A DNA stretch of 54,982 nt from Eubacteriales bacterium (GCA_045652445.1 JAZRUJ010000067.1:1-54982); one strand, 5' to 3'. Counted from the stretch's first letter, positions 1 through 11,420 are shown. Made by a program: numbers and translations. The notes: generated by a model from the sequence alone, not told the origin.

Positions 1-165
1 GAAGACCGACTTCAGCTTCGGTCAGGTCCTTGACACGGGTATCGGGGTTGATGCCGGTTTCAGCGAGGATGACTTTGGAAGTGTTGATGCCGATGCCGTA
101 GATGTAGGTCAGGCCGATTTCGACCCGCTTGGCGTTGGGCAGATCCACACCGGAAATTCTTGCCA
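1..165 (-). CDS. rpsM: 30S ribosomal protein uS13, N-terminal part (gene runs off left edge)
   Basis: Hand translation from ATG at 165: [53 protein letters not shown], a typical S13 N-terminus. GGAGGT RBS just upstream. Position after rpmJ/infA fits the alpha operon. Confidence 0.93.
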
Positions 166-186
166 TTTAAATTACCTCCAATTCGA

Positions 187-300
187 TTAACCCTGGGTCT
201 GCTTATGCTTGGGATCGGAGCAAATAACCATAACTTTGCCTTTGCGCTTGATCACCTTGCACTTTTCGCACATGGGTTTGACAGAAGGACGTACCTTCAT
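187..300 (-). CDS. rpmJ: 50S ribosomal protein bL36 (Zn-ribbon form)
   Basis: Hand translation (below the ORF-track cutoff): [37 protein letters not shown], 37 aa. Canonical L36 with a CxxC...C..H motif, lying between infA and rpsM. Confidence 0.95.
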   Translation of the reverse strand: MKVRPSVKPMCEKCKVIKRKGKVMVICSDPKHKQTQG

Positions 301-336
301 AATGAACTACCTCCTTTAAATGAAGCGTGTTGCATT

Positions 337-582
337 TCAGTTCGTTCCAACGGGCTTGCGGGGACCGGCGTTCCGCCAGGTGATCCGACCTTTGGTCAGA
401 TCGTAGGGGGACATTTCTACGGTCACTTTATCGCCCAGAAGGATCCGAATATTGTTGTCTCTCAGTCGACCTGAGATATAAGCTGTGATTTTGTGTCCAT
501 TGGAAAGTTCAACGATGAACTTCGTATTGGGAAGGGTCTCAATAACGACGCCTTCAATTTCGATGACACCATCTTTTGCCAT
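337..582 (-). CDS. infA: translation initiation factor IF-1
   Basis: [22 protein letters not shown]...[21 protein letters not shown] matches the IF-1 S1-fold. It carries a short C-terminal extension. Confidence 0.93.
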   Translation of the reverse strand: MAKDGVIEIEGVVIETLPNTKFIVELSNGHKITAYISGRLRDNNIRILLGDKVTVEMSPYDLTKGRITWRNAGPRKPVGTN

Positions 583-597
583 GAAAAACCTCCAGTA

Positions 598-1353
598 TCA
601 GGATTGAGATGTGAGTATTAACGGCTCGTCGTCGGTGACGGCAACGGTATGCTCGTAATGAGCGGACCATTTTCCGTCCTTGGTTACCACTGTCCATCCG
701 TTCCGGTCGATCTGCCAGACCTCGTGAGATCCTGCGTTGATCATCGGTTCGATGGCAATGGTCATGCCTTTTTGAAGACGTAACCCTTTGCCGCGGACTC
801 CGTAATTCGGAACGTCCGGTTCTTCGTGTAACTGTGTTCCCACGCCATGTCCGATATAATCCCGAACGACCGAAAAGCCGTTCTTGTGAGCGTAGGTGCT
901 GATGGCGTTTCCCACGTCTCCCAGGCGATAGCCGGGGCGGACGAACTGCAACCCTTCATAGAAGCATTGTTTGGTCACGTCGATCAGTTTCTGTGCTTCA
1001 GGGGAAACGTTGCCACAAGGGAACGTAGCCGCCGTATCGGAATGGTAGCCGTTGAGCAGAACACCGACATCAATACTCACGATATCTCCATCGGTGAGCA
1101 AACGCCCCGACGGGATTCCGTGAATGACTTCATCGTTAACCGATATACAAGCCACAGCCGGGAATCCGCCGTATCCCAAGAAAGAGGGAGTTGCGTTCTT
1201 GCTCTTTAAAAACTTGTGCATTACATCATTGATATGTTTCGTGGTCACGCCGGGACGAACTGCTTCGCCTCCGATCCGGAGGACTTCTGCGGCAAGCTCG
1301 CCGGCACGACGCATCATATCAATTTCCCGCTGTGACTTCAATGTAACAGACAT
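598..1353 (-). CDS. map: type I methionine aminopeptidase
   Basis: 251 aa with typical MetAP metal-ligand regions (DIVSIDVG, HGVG, EPMIN). Conserved position between adk and infA. Confidence 0.93.
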   Translation of the reverse strand: MSVTLKSQREIDMMRRAGELAAEVLRIGGEAVRPGVTTKHINDVMHKFLKSKNATPSFLGYGGFPAVACISVNDEVIHGIPSGRLLTDGDIVSIDVGVLLNGYHSDTAATFPCGNVSPEAQKLIDVTKQCFYEGLQFVRPGYRLGDVGNAISTYAHKNGFSVVRDYIGHGVGTQLHEEPDVPNYGVRGKGLRLQKGMTIAIEPMINAGSHEVWQIDRNGWTVVTKDGKWSAHYEHTVAVTDDEPLILTSQS

Positions 1354-1367
1354 TACATCAACCTCTC

Positions 1368-2012
1368 TTACAGTACGAGGGCCTTTTCCATCAGGGCGGT
1401 GGTGTCAGCCAGTTCTTCCTGACCTTCCACAAGTCTGAGTTTATTCTGCTGAGCGTAGTAGTTTTTCAGAGGCGCGGTCTGCTTTTCATAAACCGCGAGA
1501 CGGTCGCGAACGACCTCTTCTCTGTCGTCTTTGCGAACGGTGAGAGCAGCACCGCACTTGGCACAGTCGTCGCCTTTGGAAGAAGGCTTATAAACGACGT
1601 GATAGGTTGCTCCGCAAGCGGGGCAAGTGCGACGACCACCCATTCTTACGACGATTTTTTCAGGATCCACTTCCAGGCTGACAGCCAGATCAATGCCGAT
1701 GCCCATTTCAGTGAGCATAACGTCGAGGGCTTCTGCCTGAGGAATGGTCCGGGGGAAACCGTCCAGAATGAAACCGTTAGCACAGTCAGGCTGTTGGAAC
1801 CGTTCCTTAACCAAGGCGATAACGTCTTCGTCAGATACCAATCCGCCAGACTGCATGACCTTTTCCACTTTTTGACCGAGGGGGGTCTGTTCTGCAACCG
1901 CGGCCCGAAGGATGGCTCCGGTGGAGATTTGAGGAATGTTATATTTCTCAGAAATGATCTCCGCCTGAGTCCCTTTTCCGGCACCGGGAGCACCTAAAAG
2001 AATCAATCTCAT
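1368..2012 (-). CDS. adk: adenylate kinase (Zn-lid type)
   Basis: P-loop GAPGAGKGTQ, and lid cysteines CPACG...CAKCG. Follows secY. Confidence 0.95.
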   Translation of the reverse strand: MRLILLGAPGAGKGTQAEIISEKYNIPQISTGAILRAAVAEQTPLGQKVEKVMQSGGLVSDEDVIALVKERFQQPDCANGFILDGFPRTIPQAEALDVMLTEMGIGIDLAVSLEVDPEKIVVRMGGRRTCPACGATYHVVYKPSSKGDDCAKCGAALTVRKDDREEVVRDRLAVYEKQTAPLKNYYAQQNKLRLVEGQEELADTTALMEKALVL

Positions 2013-2024
2013 AGGGGTCCTCCA

Positions 2025-3338
2025 TTAGTCGAGTACGCTGGGCATATTCCGCTGAATCATCTGAGCTTCCAGAACCTTGACCGTTTCAAGGGCAACGGAA
2101 ACGAGAATCATCATAGAAGTACCACCCAAAGCGATGTTGGAAAGATCGTTGGGGAATGCCTTTTGCAGAATGTAGGGGAAGATTGCGATAACGCCCAGAT
2201 AGATCGCACCGAACAGGGTGATCTTGTTGACCGTATTCATAATAAAGTCAACCGTGGGGCGACCGGGACGGATCCCGGGAATGGTACCGCCGTTTTCCCG
2301 CAACTGCTTGGCAATGTCGGAAGCGTTGTACTGAATTGCGATATAGAAATAGTTAAACGCAATGATCAGAGCAAAGCTGATAAGCATGTAAGCAATGCTG
2401 GTCTGACCGAAATATTTTTCCGCCCAAGTAGCAAACCAGTGATCGCTGGGCAAGAATGCTGCGATGGTAGCGGGGAGAGAGGTGATGGCGAAGGCGAAGA
2501 TGATGGGCATAACGCCGGTCATACAAACCTTGATGGGAAGCTGCTGCTTCTGTCCGCCATAAACTTTACGTCCCACTTGACGTTTTGCGTACTGTACGGT
2601 GATTCGGCGTTCTGCACTGTCCATAAAGACAATCAGACCGAACATGGCAACTGCCAAAATGACCACGATGATCGCCAACCACCAAGCACCGCCTTCGGAG
2701 AAAGCGTTGATGACGTAGGTCAGAAGATCGGGAGCCCGGGAAACGATGGAAGCAAACAGAATCATGGAGATCCCGTTGCCGATTCCCTTTTCGTCGATGG
2801 ATTCACCCAACCACTGAACCATGGAAGAACCGGCGGTCAGGGTCAGAATGATACAAGCACCAACCAGGAACAGTTCCCAGGAGAACTTGCTGACGTCTAC
2901 GATGGTGATCGCACCGGCAGTCCGCAGGATTTGGAAGTATCCGAACCCTTGCAGGAGAGCGATAGCGATGGTGGTGTAGCGGGTGATCTTGTTCAGCTTC
3001 TTGCGGCCTTTCTTTTCGGCACTGTCGTCTTTTGCAAGACGTTCGAAATAAGGAATGGCTACGGTCAGAAGCTGGATAATAATGCTTGCGTTAATGTAGG
3101 GTTGAATGGTCAGTGCGAAGAGCGTACCGACGGACAACGCATTACCGGAAAGCATATTCATATACCCGAGAAGGGTATTTCCGCTGGTGAAATACGAAGA
3201 AATTGCAGCAGCGTCGAGGAAAGGAACAGGAATACTGGAGCCGATCCGGAAGAGAACGATGATCATCAGCGTGAAAAGGATCTTCTTTCTCAGATCAGCG
3301 ATTTTCCATGCGTTCCGGAGGGTCGTGAGGATTCCCAT
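2025..3338 (-). CDS. secY: preprotein translocase subunit SecY
   Basis: 437-aa polytopic membrane protein with typical SecY sequence. Located after rplO. Confidence 0.95.
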   Translation of the reverse strand: MGILTTLRNAWKIADLRKKILFTLMIIVLFRIGSSIPVPFLDAAAISSYFTSGNTLLGYMNMLSGNALSVGTLFALTIQPYINASIIIQLLTVAIPYFERLAKDDSAEKKGRKKLNKITRYTTIAIALLQGFGYFQILRTAGAITIVDVSKFSWELFLVGACIILTLTAGSSMVQWLGESIDEKGIGNGISMILFASIVSRAPDLLTYVINAFSEGGAWWLAIIVVILAVAMFGLIVFMDSAERRITVQYAKRQVGRKVYGGQKQQLPIKVCMTGVMPIIFAFAITSLPATIAAFLPSDHWFATWAEKYFGQTSIAYMLISFALIIAFNYFYIAIQYNASDIAKQLRENGGTIPGIRPGRPTVDFIMNTVNKITLFGAIYLGVIAIFPYILQKAFPNDLSNIALGGTSMMILVSVALETVKVLEAQMIQRNMPSVLD

Positions 3339-3341
3339 ACC

Positions 3342-3788
3342 TTACAGCACCTCAGCTTTCCCGCCTGCGGCTTCAATCTTTTGAACTGCAGAAGCAGAGA
3401 ACTTCGCAGCCTTTACGGTGAGACCCTTCACTTCGAGTTCACCGTCACCGAGGAACTTCACAGGAGCAGCCACATCAGAGATGAGACCCTTCTTCAACAG
3501 TTCTTCGGAAGTAATTACGGCGTTTTCAGCAAAATCGTTGAGAGCGCCGACGTTAACGACCTGATAGGTCTTAGTGAAGCGGAAGTTGTTAAAACCACGC
3601 TTCGGAAGTCTTCTGTAAATGGGCATCTGACCGCCTTCAAAGCCAACACGGACACCGCCGCCGGAGCGAGCGTTTTGACCCTTGTGACCTTTGCCTGCGG
3701 TTTTGCCATTACCGCTACCGGCACCTCTACCCTTGCGTTTTGCAACTTTGGTAGAACCGTAAGCGGGAGCCAAATCAGACAATTTCAT
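3342..3788 (-). CDS. rplO: 50S ribosomal protein uL15
   Basis: [38 protein letters not shown], a Gly/Lys-rich L15 N-terminus. spc operon order. Confidence 0.95.
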   Translation of the reverse strand: MKLSDLAPAYGSTKVAKRKGRGAGSGNGKTAGKGHKGQNARSGGGVRVGFEGGQMPIYRRLPKRGFNNFRFTKTYQVVNVGALNDFAENAVITSEELLKKGLISDVAAPVKFLGDGELEVKGLTVKAAKFSASAVQKIEAAGGKAEVL

Positions 3789-3804
3789 CTGTGCTACCTC
3801 CTTT

Positions 3805-3972
3805 TCAGTCTTCTACTTTGATAAGATAAGAGATCTGAGCGATCTTGCCTTTGGTAGCAGCATTGTCGGGCTGCTCGCAAACGTCACCGATCTTTTTGAG
3901 ATTCATAGACTTTGCAGTCTTGACGTGATCGGGATGTCTGCCGATCAAGCTCTTTACGAGGGTAATTTTCAT
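3805..3972 (-). CDS. rpmD: 50S ribosomal protein uL30
   Basis: [29 protein letters not shown] is L30-like. The ORF-track start at 4029 overlaps rpsE. The ATG at 3972 lies 8 nt after a GGAGG, while the ATG at 3978 is too close to it. Confidence 0.88.
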   Translation of the reverse strand: MKITLVKSLIGRHPDHVKTAKSMNLKKIGDVCEQPDNAATKGKIAQISYLIKVED

Positions 3973-3985
3973 CGTCATTACCTCC

Positions 3986-4489
3986 TCAACCCAGGATTTC
4001 CTGAACGGTCTTGCCGCGGGTTTCCGCAACTTCAGCAGCAGTCCGCAGGGACTTCAAACCGCAGAGGGTAGCGTTGGCAAGGTTCTGGGGGTTACGGGAA
4101 CGCAGGGCTTTGGTACGGACGTCTTTAACGCCGGCAGCCTGCAAAATATCACGGACAGCACCGCCTGCGATAACCCCGGTACCGGGAGCAGCGGGCTTCA
4201 TGATAACCTGAGAAGCGCCGAACGTAGCGACGACTTCGTGGGGAATGGTCGTGCCCTTCAGGGAAACACGAATCAGATTCTTTTTGGCGTCTTCGATGCC
4301 TTTGTTGACAGCATCGGGAATTTCAACGGATTTGCCCAGTCCGATACCGACAATGCCGTTGCCGTCGCCGACAACCATCAGAGCGGTGAACTTAAATTTC
4401 CGGCCGCCCTTAACGGTCTTGGAAACGCGGCTCAGGCAGATCATTTTTTCCGTCAACGACAAGGTGGACGCATCAATTCTTTCGTTCAT
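3986..4489 (-). CDS. rpsE: 30S ribosomal protein uS5
   Basis: 167 aa with [25 protein letters not shown], an S5 signature. Confidence 0.95.
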   Translation of the reverse strand: MNERIDASTLSLTEKMICLSRVSKTVKGGRKFKFTALMVVGDGNGIVGIGLGKSVEIPDAVNKGIEDAKKNLIRVSLKGTTIPHEVVATFGASQVIMKPAAPGTGVIAGGAVRDILQAAGVKDVRTKALRSRNPQNLANATLCGLKSLRTAAEVAETRGKTVQEILG

Positions 4490-4514
4490 AATTTCTGTTA
4501 TCCTCCTTGAAAAC

Positions 4515-4874
4515 TTAGAAGTTCAGGCCAGCTTCTCTGGCACCTTCGGCTAATTCCTTCACACGTCCGTGATACAGGTAACCGCCACGATCAAAGACAA
4601 CGTCCTTGATTCCTTTTTCCAGAGCGAGCTTTGCGATGGTTTCGCCGACCTTCTTCGCTGCGGCTTTGTTTCCGCCGTATTCAGAGAAGTTTTTACCAAC
4701 GGTAGAAGCAGCAACCAAAGTGGTGCCGGTCGTATCGTCGATAATCTGGGCGTAGATATTTTTCAAAGATCTGTAAACATTCAGACGGGGGCAATCAGCC
4801 GTACCGGAGATCTTACCGCGGACACGGGCGTGACGCTTCTTTCTGAGGATGTTAGCATCTTTTCTGCTGATCAT
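4515..4874 (-). CDS. rplR: 50S ribosomal protein uL18
   Basis: 119 aa ending [25 protein letters not shown], a typical L18 C-terminus. Confidence 0.95.
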   Translation of the reverse strand: MISRKDANILRKKRHARVRGKISGTADCPRLNVYRSLKNIYAQIIDDTTGTTLVAASTVGKNFSEYGGNKAAAKKVGETIAKLALEKGIKDVVFDRGGYLYHGRVKELAEGAREAGLNF

Positions 4875-4920
4875 GTTGTGTTATCCTCCTATATGATTGA
4901 GTGATTAAGCGGCGGGTTGA

Positions 4921-5469
4921 TTATTTACCCTTACCAGCCTTACCTTCCTTCTGGCGGACATATTCGCCCTGATAGCGAACACCCTTGCCATGGTAGGGTT
5001 CGGGGGGTTTGATACCGCGGATTTCAGCTGCGACCTGTCCGACCCGTTGCTTATCGGCACCGGAAACGACGATCAGGTTGGGCTGAGGAACTTCCAGGCT
5101 GATGCCTTCGGTTTCTTCAACGGATACGGGGTGAGAGAAGCCCAGGGTCAGGTTGACTGCTTTACCCTGTTTTGCTGCTCTGTAACCCACACCCTGGATT
5201 TCCAGGGTCTTGGAATAACCGGCGGTGACGCCTTCAATCATATTGGCGATCAGAGTTCTGGTCAAACCGTGCAGAGAACGATTCATTTTTTCATCGTTGG
5301 GACGGGTAACCAAAACAGTTTCACCTTCCACAGTTACGGTCATTGCGGGATGGATATCTCTTTCGAGAGTTCCCTTGGGACCCTTAACGGTGATGTGGTT
5401 GGTTTCGGGCACCAATGTTACGGTAACACCGGCGGGTATATTTATAGGCTTTCTACCAATTCTTGACAT
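4921..5469 (-). CDS. rplF: 50S ribosomal protein uL6
   Basis: [17 protein letters not shown] is a typical L6 start. 182 aa. Confidence 0.95.
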   Translation of the reverse strand: MSRIGRKPINIPAGVTVTLVPETNHITVKGPKGTLERDIHPAMTVTVEGETVLVTRPNDEKMNRSLHGLTRTLIANMIEGVTAGYSKTLEIQGVGYRAAKQGKAVNLTLGFSHPVSVEETEGISLEVPQPNLIVVSGADKQRVGQVAAEIRGIKPPEPYHGKGVRYQGEYVRQKEGKAGKGK

Positions 5470-5527
5470 TGCGTGACTTTCCTTTCACTATAGTTTGTCA
5501 TCTTGCCTTTTCAGGGGAAAACACAAC

Positions 5528-5926
5528 TTACCAAACGTAAACGAGAACTTCACCGCCGACATTCAGACGACGAGCAGCCTTATCGGTCATAATTCCCTTG
5601 GAAGTAGACACGATGGCGATACCCATACCGCGAATGACTTTGGGCATTTCTTCGCAAGAAGCGTAAACCCGAAGGCCGGGCTTGGAAACGCGTTTGATTC
5701 CCTGGATGACTTTTGCTTTGTTCTGGCCGTATTTCAGGGTGATGTTGATCATACCCTGTTTGCCGTCTTCGGTCACGGAGAACGCTTTGATGTAACCTTC
5801 GTCCACAAGAATCTGGGCAATTGCCTTCTTCATGTTGGAAGCGGGAACTTCAACACTTGCGTGTTTTGCATCGTTAGCGTTCCGGATACGAGTGAGCATA
5901 TCGGCTACGGGATCGGTAATATGCAT
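5528..5926 (-). CDS. rpsH: 30S ribosomal protein uS8
   Basis: [14 protein letters not shown]8 signature. 132 aa. Confidence 0.95.
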   Translation of the reverse strand: MHITDPVADMLTRIRNANDAKHASVEVPASNMKKAIAQILVDEGYIKAFSVTEDGKQGMINITLKYGQNKAKVIQGIKRVSKPGLRVYASCEEMPKVIRGMGIAIVSTSKGIMTDKAARRLNVGGEVLVYVW

Positions 5927-5957
5927 AATAAAACCTCCTTATTCCTTCTTTACCTGA

Positions 5958-6143
5958 TTACCAGCTGGCCTTACGAACGCCGGGGATCTGACCCTTGTAG
6001 GCCAGTTCACGGAAGCAAATACGGCAGATACCGTACTTTCTCAGGTAAGCATGAGGTCTTCCGCAGATCTTGCATCTGTTGTAAGCACGGACAGAGTACT
6101 TTGCAGGTCTCTGCTGTTTTGCGATCATAGACTTCTTAGCCAT
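5958..6143 (-). CDS. rpsN: 30S ribosomal protein uS14, type Z (zinc-binding, 61 aa)
   Basis: [12 protein letters not shown]...[38 protein letters not shown], with a CxxC...CxxC motif. Confidence 0.95.
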   Translation of the reverse strand: MAKKSMIAKQQRPAKYSVRAYNRCKICGRPHAYLRKYGICRICFRELAYKGQIPGVRKASW

Positions 6144-6158
6144 AAGTTCTCTTCCTCC

Positions 6159-6698
6159 TTATTTGCTGAAAGGTGCACCCATCAGAGAAAGAAGGTCTTT
6201 TGCTTCTTCGTCGGTGGTTGCAGTGGTGACGAACATGATGTCCATACCGCGAATGGTATCGATCTTTTCATATTCGATTTCGGGGAAGATCAGCTGTTCC
6301 TTCAGACCGAAGGCATAGTTGCCGCGGCCGTCGAAGGCGTTGGGATTGATCCCACGGAAGTCTCTAACACGGGGCAGAGCCACGTTGAAGAGACGGTCTA
6401 CGAATTCGTACATTCTTTCACCGCGGAGAGTAACCTTAACGCCGATGGGCATACCCTGACGAACTTTGAAGTTAGCCACGGATTTACGAGCCTTACAAGC
6501 GATAGCTTTCTGACCGGTGATGGTTGCAAGATCGGTGGAGACAGATTCGATGATCTTGGAGTTGTCTTTTGCGTCGCCGCAAGCAACGTTGATCACGACT
6601 TTGTCCAGTTTGGGGATCTGCATGACGCTCTTGTAGTTGTATTTGTTCATCAAGGCAGGAGCGACTTCTTTTTTGTAAAGATCTTTCAGATTAGACAT
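6159..6698 (-). CDS. rplE: 50S ribosomal protein uL5
   Basis: 179 aa. [34 protein letters not shown] is typical L5. Confidence 0.95.
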   Translation of the reverse strand: MSNLKDLYKKEVAPALMNKYNYKSVMQIPKLDKVVINVACGDAKDNSKIIESVSTDLATITGQKAIACKARKSVANFKVRQGMPIGVKVTLRGERMYEFVDRLFNVALPRVRDFRGINPNAFDGRGNYAFGLKEQLIFPEIEYEKIDTIRGMDIMFVTTATTDEEAKDLLSLMGAPFSK

Positions 6699-6712
6699 CG
6701 TTTAACTCCTCC

Positions 6713-7027
6713 TTAAAATTCTTTCTGGCACTTCTTGCAGTAACGGACTTTTTTGCCGTCAACTACTTTGATGCCGGTACGGACAGCCTTGTCGCATTTG
6801 GGGCAAACAGCTTGGACCTTGCAGGCGTAAAGAGCACCTTCAGTCTTAATGATGCCGCCCTGCTGATGCTGACCACGGGGCTTCAGGTGCTTGGAAACCA
6901 TGTTCACACCTTCAACCATTACTTTACCTTCAGAAGGAGCAGTGGCGACGACTTTGCCACGCTGGCCCTTGCAACGGCCGGAAATAACTTCAACGTTATC
7001 GCCTTTTTTAATGTGCAACGTATTCAT
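6713..7027 (-). CDS. rplX: 50S ribosomal protein uL24 (C4 zinc-ribbon C-terminus)
   Basis: KGDNVEVISGRCKGQRGKV KOW motif. C-terminal CPKCDK...CKKCQK. Confidence 0.94.
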   Translation of the reverse strand: MNTLHIKKGDNVEVISGRCKGQRGKVVATAPSEGKVMVEGVNMVSKHLKPRGQHQQGGIIKTEGALYACKVQAVCPKCDKAVRTGIKVVDGKKVRYCKKCQKEF

Positions 7028-7042
7028 CGTTCACGTCCTCCT

Positions 7043-7411
7043 TTACAGTACTTCGGGAGCCAGAGAAAGGATCTTGGTGAATTCCTTTTCTCTCAGTTCA
7101 CGAGCGATGGGCCCAAAGATACGGGTCCCTCTGGGGTTTTTATCTTCTTTAATAATAACTGCTGCGTTTTCATCGAAGCGGATGTAGGAGCCGTCAGCAC
7201 GACGAACACCGCTCTTAGAACGAACGACAACAGCCTTAACGACTTCACCCTTCTTCACGTTACCGCCGGGAATGGCTTTCTTCACGGAGCAGACGATGAC
7301 GTCGCCAATGTTGGCATATCTTCTCCCGGTTCCGCCAAGGACACGGATGCACATCAATTCTTTTGCACCGGTGTTGTCGGCAACCTGCAGGAAAGTTTGC
7401 TGTTGAATCAT
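7043..7411 (-). CDS. rplN: 50S ribosomal protein uL14
   Basis: [27 protein letters not shown] is canonical L14. Confidence 0.96.
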   Translation of the reverse strand: MIQQQTFLQVADNTGAKELMCIRVLGGTGRRYANIGDVIVCSVKKAIPGGNVKKGEVVKAVVVRSKSGVRRADGSYIRFDENAAVIIKEDKNPRGTRIFGPIARELREKEFTKILSLAPEVL

Positions 7412-7425
7412 ACTCTAACTCTCCT

Positions 7426-7680
7426 TTATTTCGCTTTTTCGATGATCTCAACGAATCTCCATCTCTTGTCTTTGGACAAAGGACGGGTTTCCATAATGAG
7501 GATCTTATCACCGATATGGCACTCGTTATTTTCGTCATGAACCTTCAATTTGGAGGTTCTCTTCATAACTTTACCGTACATAGGATGACGAACGTTTTCT
7601 TTGATTGCAACGACAACGGTCTTATCCATTTTGTCGGAAACAACGAGACCGGTTCTGGTTTTTCTCAAATCTCTTTCCAT
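7426..7680 (-). CDS. rpsQ: 30S ribosomal protein uS17
   Basis: 84 aa. [27 protein letters not shown] is typical S17. Confidence 0.95.
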   Translation of the reverse strand: MERDLRKTRTGLVVSDKMDKTVVVAIKENVRHPMYGKVMKRTSKLKVHDENNECHIGDKILIMETRPLSKDKRWRFVEIIEKAK

Positions 7681-7697
7681 TGTTCTGCCTCCTACTC

Positions 7698-7892
7698 TCA
7701 GCCTTTGATTTCGTTTTCACGAATAACGGTCTTCACCCGAGCGATATCCTTACGGACATCAGCGATGCGGATGGGGTTTTCGAGCTGGTTTGTAGCGTGC
7801 TGAAAACGAAGAGCGAACAGTTCCGCTTTCAGGTCAGCCAGCTTCTTTTCCAGATCGGCGGGAGCCATGGCTCTGAGTTCTTTTGCGGTCAT
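7698..7892 (-). CDS. rpmC: 50S ribosomal protein uL29
   Basis: 64 aa. [27 protein letters not shown] is typical L29. Confidence 0.94.
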   Translation of the reverse strand: MTAKELRAMAPADLEKKLADLKAELFALRFQHATNQLENPIRIADVRKDIARVKTVIRENEIKG

Positions 7893-8332
7893 TAGTTAGC
7901 ACCTCCGTCAACGATAGCATCCAGATCGGCTTTGTTATAGAACTTGCATTTTACGGGAAGTTTGTGAGTTGCAAGACGCATAGCTTCACGAGCAACTTCT
8001 TCGGAAACGCCAGCCATTTCAAACATAACGCGACCGGGCTTAACTACTGCAACCCAGTATTCGGGAGAACCCTTACCGGAACCCATTCGGGTTTCAGCGG
8101 GCTTCTCGGTAACCGGCTTGTCGGGGAAAATCTTAACCCATACTTTACCACCACGTTTGGTGTAACGGGTCATAGCAATACGGGCAGCTTCAATCTGATT
8201 GCTGGTAATCCATGCGGGTTCGGTAGTGACAAGACCAAATTCACCGCTGGTGATACGGTTGCCGCGATAGGCCTTACCCTTCATGCGTCCGCGATGAACG
8301 CGTCTGTACTTAACCCTTTTTGGCATTAACAT
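7892..8332 (-). CDS. rplP: 50S ribosomal protein uL16
   Basis: [19 protein letters not shown] is a canonical L16 start. It overlaps the rpsC end by 23 nt. Confidence 0.95.
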   Translation of the reverse strand: MLMPKRVKYRRVHRGRMKGKAYRGNRITSGEFGLVTTEPAWITSNQIEAARIAMTRYTKRGGKVWVKIFPDKPVTEKPAETRMGSGKGSPEYWVAVVKPGRVMFEMAGVSEEVAREAMRLATHKLPVKCKFYNKADLDAIVDGGAN

Positions 8333-8990
8333 GGCGTTTGTCCTCCTTTACCACGGATTTCTTAAGGATTTCGCCCTTATAGATCCAAACTTTGATACCG
8401 ATCCGGCCGTAGGTGGTTTTTGCTTCAGCAAAACCGTAGTCGATGTCAGCACGCAGGGTCTGCAGGGGAATGGTTCCTTCATGATAGTGTTCGGTACGTG
8501 CAATTTCTGCACCGCCCAGACGGCCGCTTGCGTTCACCTTAATACCTTTAGCACCGGCTTTCATGGTGCTGTCGATGGCTTTACGCATAGCACGACGGAA
8601 AGAAACGCGTTTTTCCAGGTCCGCAGCAATACGTTCTGCAACCAGAGTAGCGTTCATGTCGGGGCGTTTTTCTTCGACGATGGTGAGAGCAACGGGCTTG
8701 CCGATCAGCTTCTCAACAGCGAGGCGAAGTTTTTCAATATCCTGACCGCCCTTACCGATGACAACACCGGGACGAGCACAGTGGATAAAGATGCGGACAC
8801 GCTTGGAGGCGTCACGTTCGATTTCAATCTGGGGAACGCCAGCCTGAGCGATCTGCTTTTTAATGAATTTTCTGATTTTATCGTCTTCTACGACCAGGTC
8901 GCCGAAATCTTCGTCACGGACGAACCAACGGGAATCCCAATCTTTGATGACGCCTACACGGAAACCGTGAGGATTAACTTTTTGTCCCAT
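8310..8990 (-). CDS. rpsC: 30S ribosomal protein uS3
   Basis: [23 protein letters not shown] is a canonical S3 start. A KH domain follows. Confidence 0.96.
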   Translation of the reverse strand: MGQKVNPHGFRVGVIKDWDSRWFVRDEDFGDLVVEDDKIRKFIKKQIAQAGVPQIEIERDASKRVRIFIHCARPGVVIGKGGQDIEKLRLAVEKLIGKPVALTIVEEKRPDMNATLVAERIAADLEKRVSFRRAMRKAIDSTMKAGAKGIKVNASGRLGGAEIARTEHYHEGTIPLQTLRADIDYGFAEAKTTYGRIGIKVWIYKGEILKKSVVKEDKRHVNAKKG

Positions 8991-9002
8991 ATTGACCCTC
9001 CC

Positions 9003-9338
9003 TTATTCTTTCTCAGCGAGAACGATGGTAACCTGAGACGTTCTCTTGAGGATAGTATCGGCGGAACCACGTGCACGAGGCATCATCCGCTTCATGGTGG
9101 GGCCGGGGCCCACGTAGCATTCCTTGACGTACAGCTTGGAAACATCCATACCATGGTTGTTTTCAGCGTTAGCAGCCGCGGATTTGAGCAGCTTCAGGCA
9201 AGGAGCACTGGCAGCCTTCGGCGTATGGGTGAGGATCGCAGCAGCGGTCCCAAGGGGTTTATTCCGGATCAGGTCCAGAACGATCTTGACCTTTCTGGGG
9301 GTGATACGGAGACCTCTCAAATAAGCTCTAGCTTCCAT
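9003..9338 (-). CDS. rplV: 50S ribosomal protein uL22
   Basis: 111 aa. LRITPRKVKIVLDLIRNK is typical L22. Confidence 0.95.
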   Translation of the reverse strand: MEARAYLRGLRITPRKVKIVLDLIRNKPLGTAAAILTHTPKAASAPCLKLLKSAAANAENNHGMDVSKLYVKECYVGPGPTMKRMMPRARGSADTILKRTSQVTIVLAEKE

Positions 9339-9357
9339 ATTATTTCAGTAACCTCCG

Positions 9358-9639
9358 TTATTTCGATGTGTTCGACGCTTTGGAACCGGAGTGACCTTTG
9401 AAGGTACGAGTGGGAGCAAATTCGCCCAACTTGTGACCAACCATGTCTTCGGTAACATAAACGGGAACGTGCTTTCTGCCATCGTGAACCGCAAAGGTGT
9501 GGCCTACGAAGTCAGGGAAAATGGTGGAGGAGCGAGACCAGGTCTTCAGAACTCTCTTTTCACCTTTTTCATTCATGTCGAGAACTTTCTTCATCAGAGA
9601 CGCTTCGACGTAAGGTCCTTTTTTAACACTTCTACCCAT
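9358..9639 (-). CDS. rpsS: 30S ribosomal protein uS19
   Basis: [11 protein letters not shown]...[37 protein letters not shown] is canonical S19. Confidence 0.96.
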   Translation of the reverse strand: MGRSVKKGPYVEASLMKKVLDMNEKGEKRVLKTWSRSSTIFPDFVGHTFAVHDGRKHVPVYVTEDMVGHKLGEFAPTRTFKGHSGSKASNTSK

Positions 9640-9653
9640 CTGTCACACCTCCA

Positions 9654-10487
9654 TTATTTCGAGTTTCTACGTTTTACGATGAACTTATCGGACTTGTTCT
9701 TCTTCTTGCGGGTCTTGTAGCCCAGAGCGGGTTTACCCCAAGGAGTAACAGGACCGGAACGACCGATGGGAGCACGGCCTTCACCACCACCGTGGGGGTG
9801 ATCGCAGGGGTTCATAACAGAACCGCGAACGGTAGGACGAATGCCCATATGACGTTTTTTACCGGCTTTACCGAGGTTAATGTTTTCATGGTCCTGATTG
9901 CCTACAGTACCGATGGTAGCCTTGCAACGCAGGGAAACGAGGCGAACTTCACCGGAGGGAAGGCGGACCTGAGCGTATCCGTTTTCTTTTGCCATCAGCT
10001 GTGCAGCAGCACCGGCGGAACGGACCAACTGAGCACCCTTACCGGGATGCAGCTCAACGTTGTGGATATAGGTACCCGTGGGAATGTTTTCCAGGGGCAG
10101 GCAGTTACCGACTTTAATATCGGAAGCAGCACCGGAGTAAACAACGTCGCCAACCTTCAGGTTCTGAGGAGCAACGATGTAAGCCTTGGTACCGTCTTCG
10201 TACTGAACGAGAGCGATGTTAGCGGTGCGGTTGGGGTCATATTCGATGGTCATGACCGTTGCAGCAGCATCAACCATGTTTCTCTTGAAGTCGATAATTC
10301 TGTACTTCCTGCGGTTTCCGCCGCCGCGATGACGGACGGTGATGCGACCGTAGCTGTTACGACCGGAATATTTCTTCAGAGTAGTGAGAAGAGAGCGTTC
10401 CGGTTTATTGGTGGTGATCTCCTCGAAAGTGGAGACAACCATCGTTCTACGAGACGGAGTTGTAGGTTTAAATCTTCTGGTAGGCAT
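9654..10487 (-). CDS. rplB: 50S ribosomal protein uL2
   Basis: L2 signatures [16 protein letters not shown] and [14 protein letters not shown]. The ORF-track GTG at 10496 abuts the GAGGAGA RBS. The ATG at 10487 has 9-nt spacing and is preferred. Confidence 0.93.
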   Translation of the reverse strand: MPTRRFKPTTPSRRTMVVSTFEEITTNKPERSLLTTLKKYSGRNSYGRITVRHRGGGNRRKYRIIDFKRNMVDAAATVMTIEYDPNRTANIALVQYEDGTKAYIVAPQNLKVGDVVYSGAASDIKVGNCLPLENIPTGTYIHNVELHPGKGAQLVRSAGAAAQLMAKENGYAQVRLPSGEVRLVSLRCKATIGTVGNQDHENINLGKAGKKRHMGIRPTVRGSVMNPCDHPHGGGEGRAPIGRSGPVTPWGKPALGYKTRKKKNKSDKFIVKRRNSK

Positions 10488-10503
10488 TCTTGTCACTCTC
10501 CTC

Positions 10504-10800
10504 TTACATCAAGCCGTCGAAGAATTCGATGGTCTTGGAGTCTGCGGTCAGGGTGACGATGGCTTTCTTGAAAGAAGCGGTGGTGCCACGGGTGTAGCCC
10601 ATTCTCTTCTTCTTGCCGTCGCAGTTAATCACGTTAACGGCAGCAACCTTGACCTTGAACAGTTCTTCAACTGCTTTTGCGATTTCGATTTTGTTAGCGT
10701 CTTTCGCAACCTTGAACGTGTACTTCTTCTGATTACGAGCCAGATCCATACTGTTTTCGGTGATGACGGGAGTGAGGATGATATCCTGTGCGAATTTCAT
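10504..10800 (-). CDS. rplW: 50S ribosomal protein uL23
   Basis: 98 aa. [41 protein letters not shown] is typical L23. Confidence 0.95.
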   Translation of the reverse strand: MKFAQDIILTPVITENSMDLARNQKKYTFKVAKDANKIEIAKAVEELFKVKVAAVNVINCDGKKKRMGYTRGTTASFKKAIVTLTADSKTIEFFDGLM

Positions 10801-11420
10801 CAGTTGTACACCTCCTCAACTTTGTTGACAGCCTCTTTGGTAATGATGAACTTGTCGTGCTTGACAATGTCATATACGTTCAGAGTGTTCACGCAAGCGG
10901 TCTTTACGCCTTCGATATTCCGAGCGGATTTGATCACGACTGCGTCGGGAGCGGGCATAACCACCAGGGCTTTGTCAGCTACGTTCAGAGCCTTCAGAAC
11001 GTTGACCATGTTCTTGGTCTTGATTCCGTCAAATGCCAGAGAATCAACGACGATCAGATTACCTTCTGCAACTTTAGCGGACAGAGCAGACTTCATAGCA
11101 ACTCTCTTTGCCTTCTTGTTGACAGAGTATCTGTACTTGCGGGGCTTGGGACCGAGAGCGATACCGCCATGGGTCCACTGGGGAGAACGGGTAGAACCCT
11201 GACGGGCACGGCCGGTTCCCTTTTGGCGCCAGGGCTTCTTGCCGCCGCCGCTGACTTCGGAACGAGTCAGGGTGGACTGAGTACCGTGACGCTGATTAGC
11301 CAGATAGTTCTTCACCATTTCGTGCATCAGAGGAACATTGATCTGTGCACCGAAAATGCTGTCGGAAAGTTCCATTTCGCCGGCTTCGTTGCCGAGCATA
11401 TCGTAAACTTTAATCTTCAT
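10800..11420 (-). CDS. rplD: 50S ribosomal protein uL4
   Basis: 206 aa. [26 protein letters not shown] is the L4 signature. Confidence 0.95.
   Translation of the reverse strand: MKIKVYDMLGNEAGEMELSDSIFGAQINVPLMHEMVKNYLANQRHGTQSTLTRSEVSGGGKKPWRQKGTGRARQGSTRSPQWTHGGIALGPKPRKYRYSVNKKAKRVAMKSALSAKVAEGNLIVVDSLAFDGIKTKNMVNVLKALNVADKALVVMPAPDAVVIKSARNIEGVKTACVNTLNVYDIVKHDKFIITKEAVNKVEEVYN

Noticed and set aside
2163-3821. 552-aa plus-strand ORF, with similar long antisense ORFs at 8331-9401, 9792-10556, 10384-11202 and 6812-7540
   Set aside because: These lie exactly antisense to unmistakable ribosomal and secY genes. Their translations are low-complexity (Gly/Asp/Val/His-rich), and they have no RBS. 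They are typical shadow ORFs of GC-balanced coding DNA.
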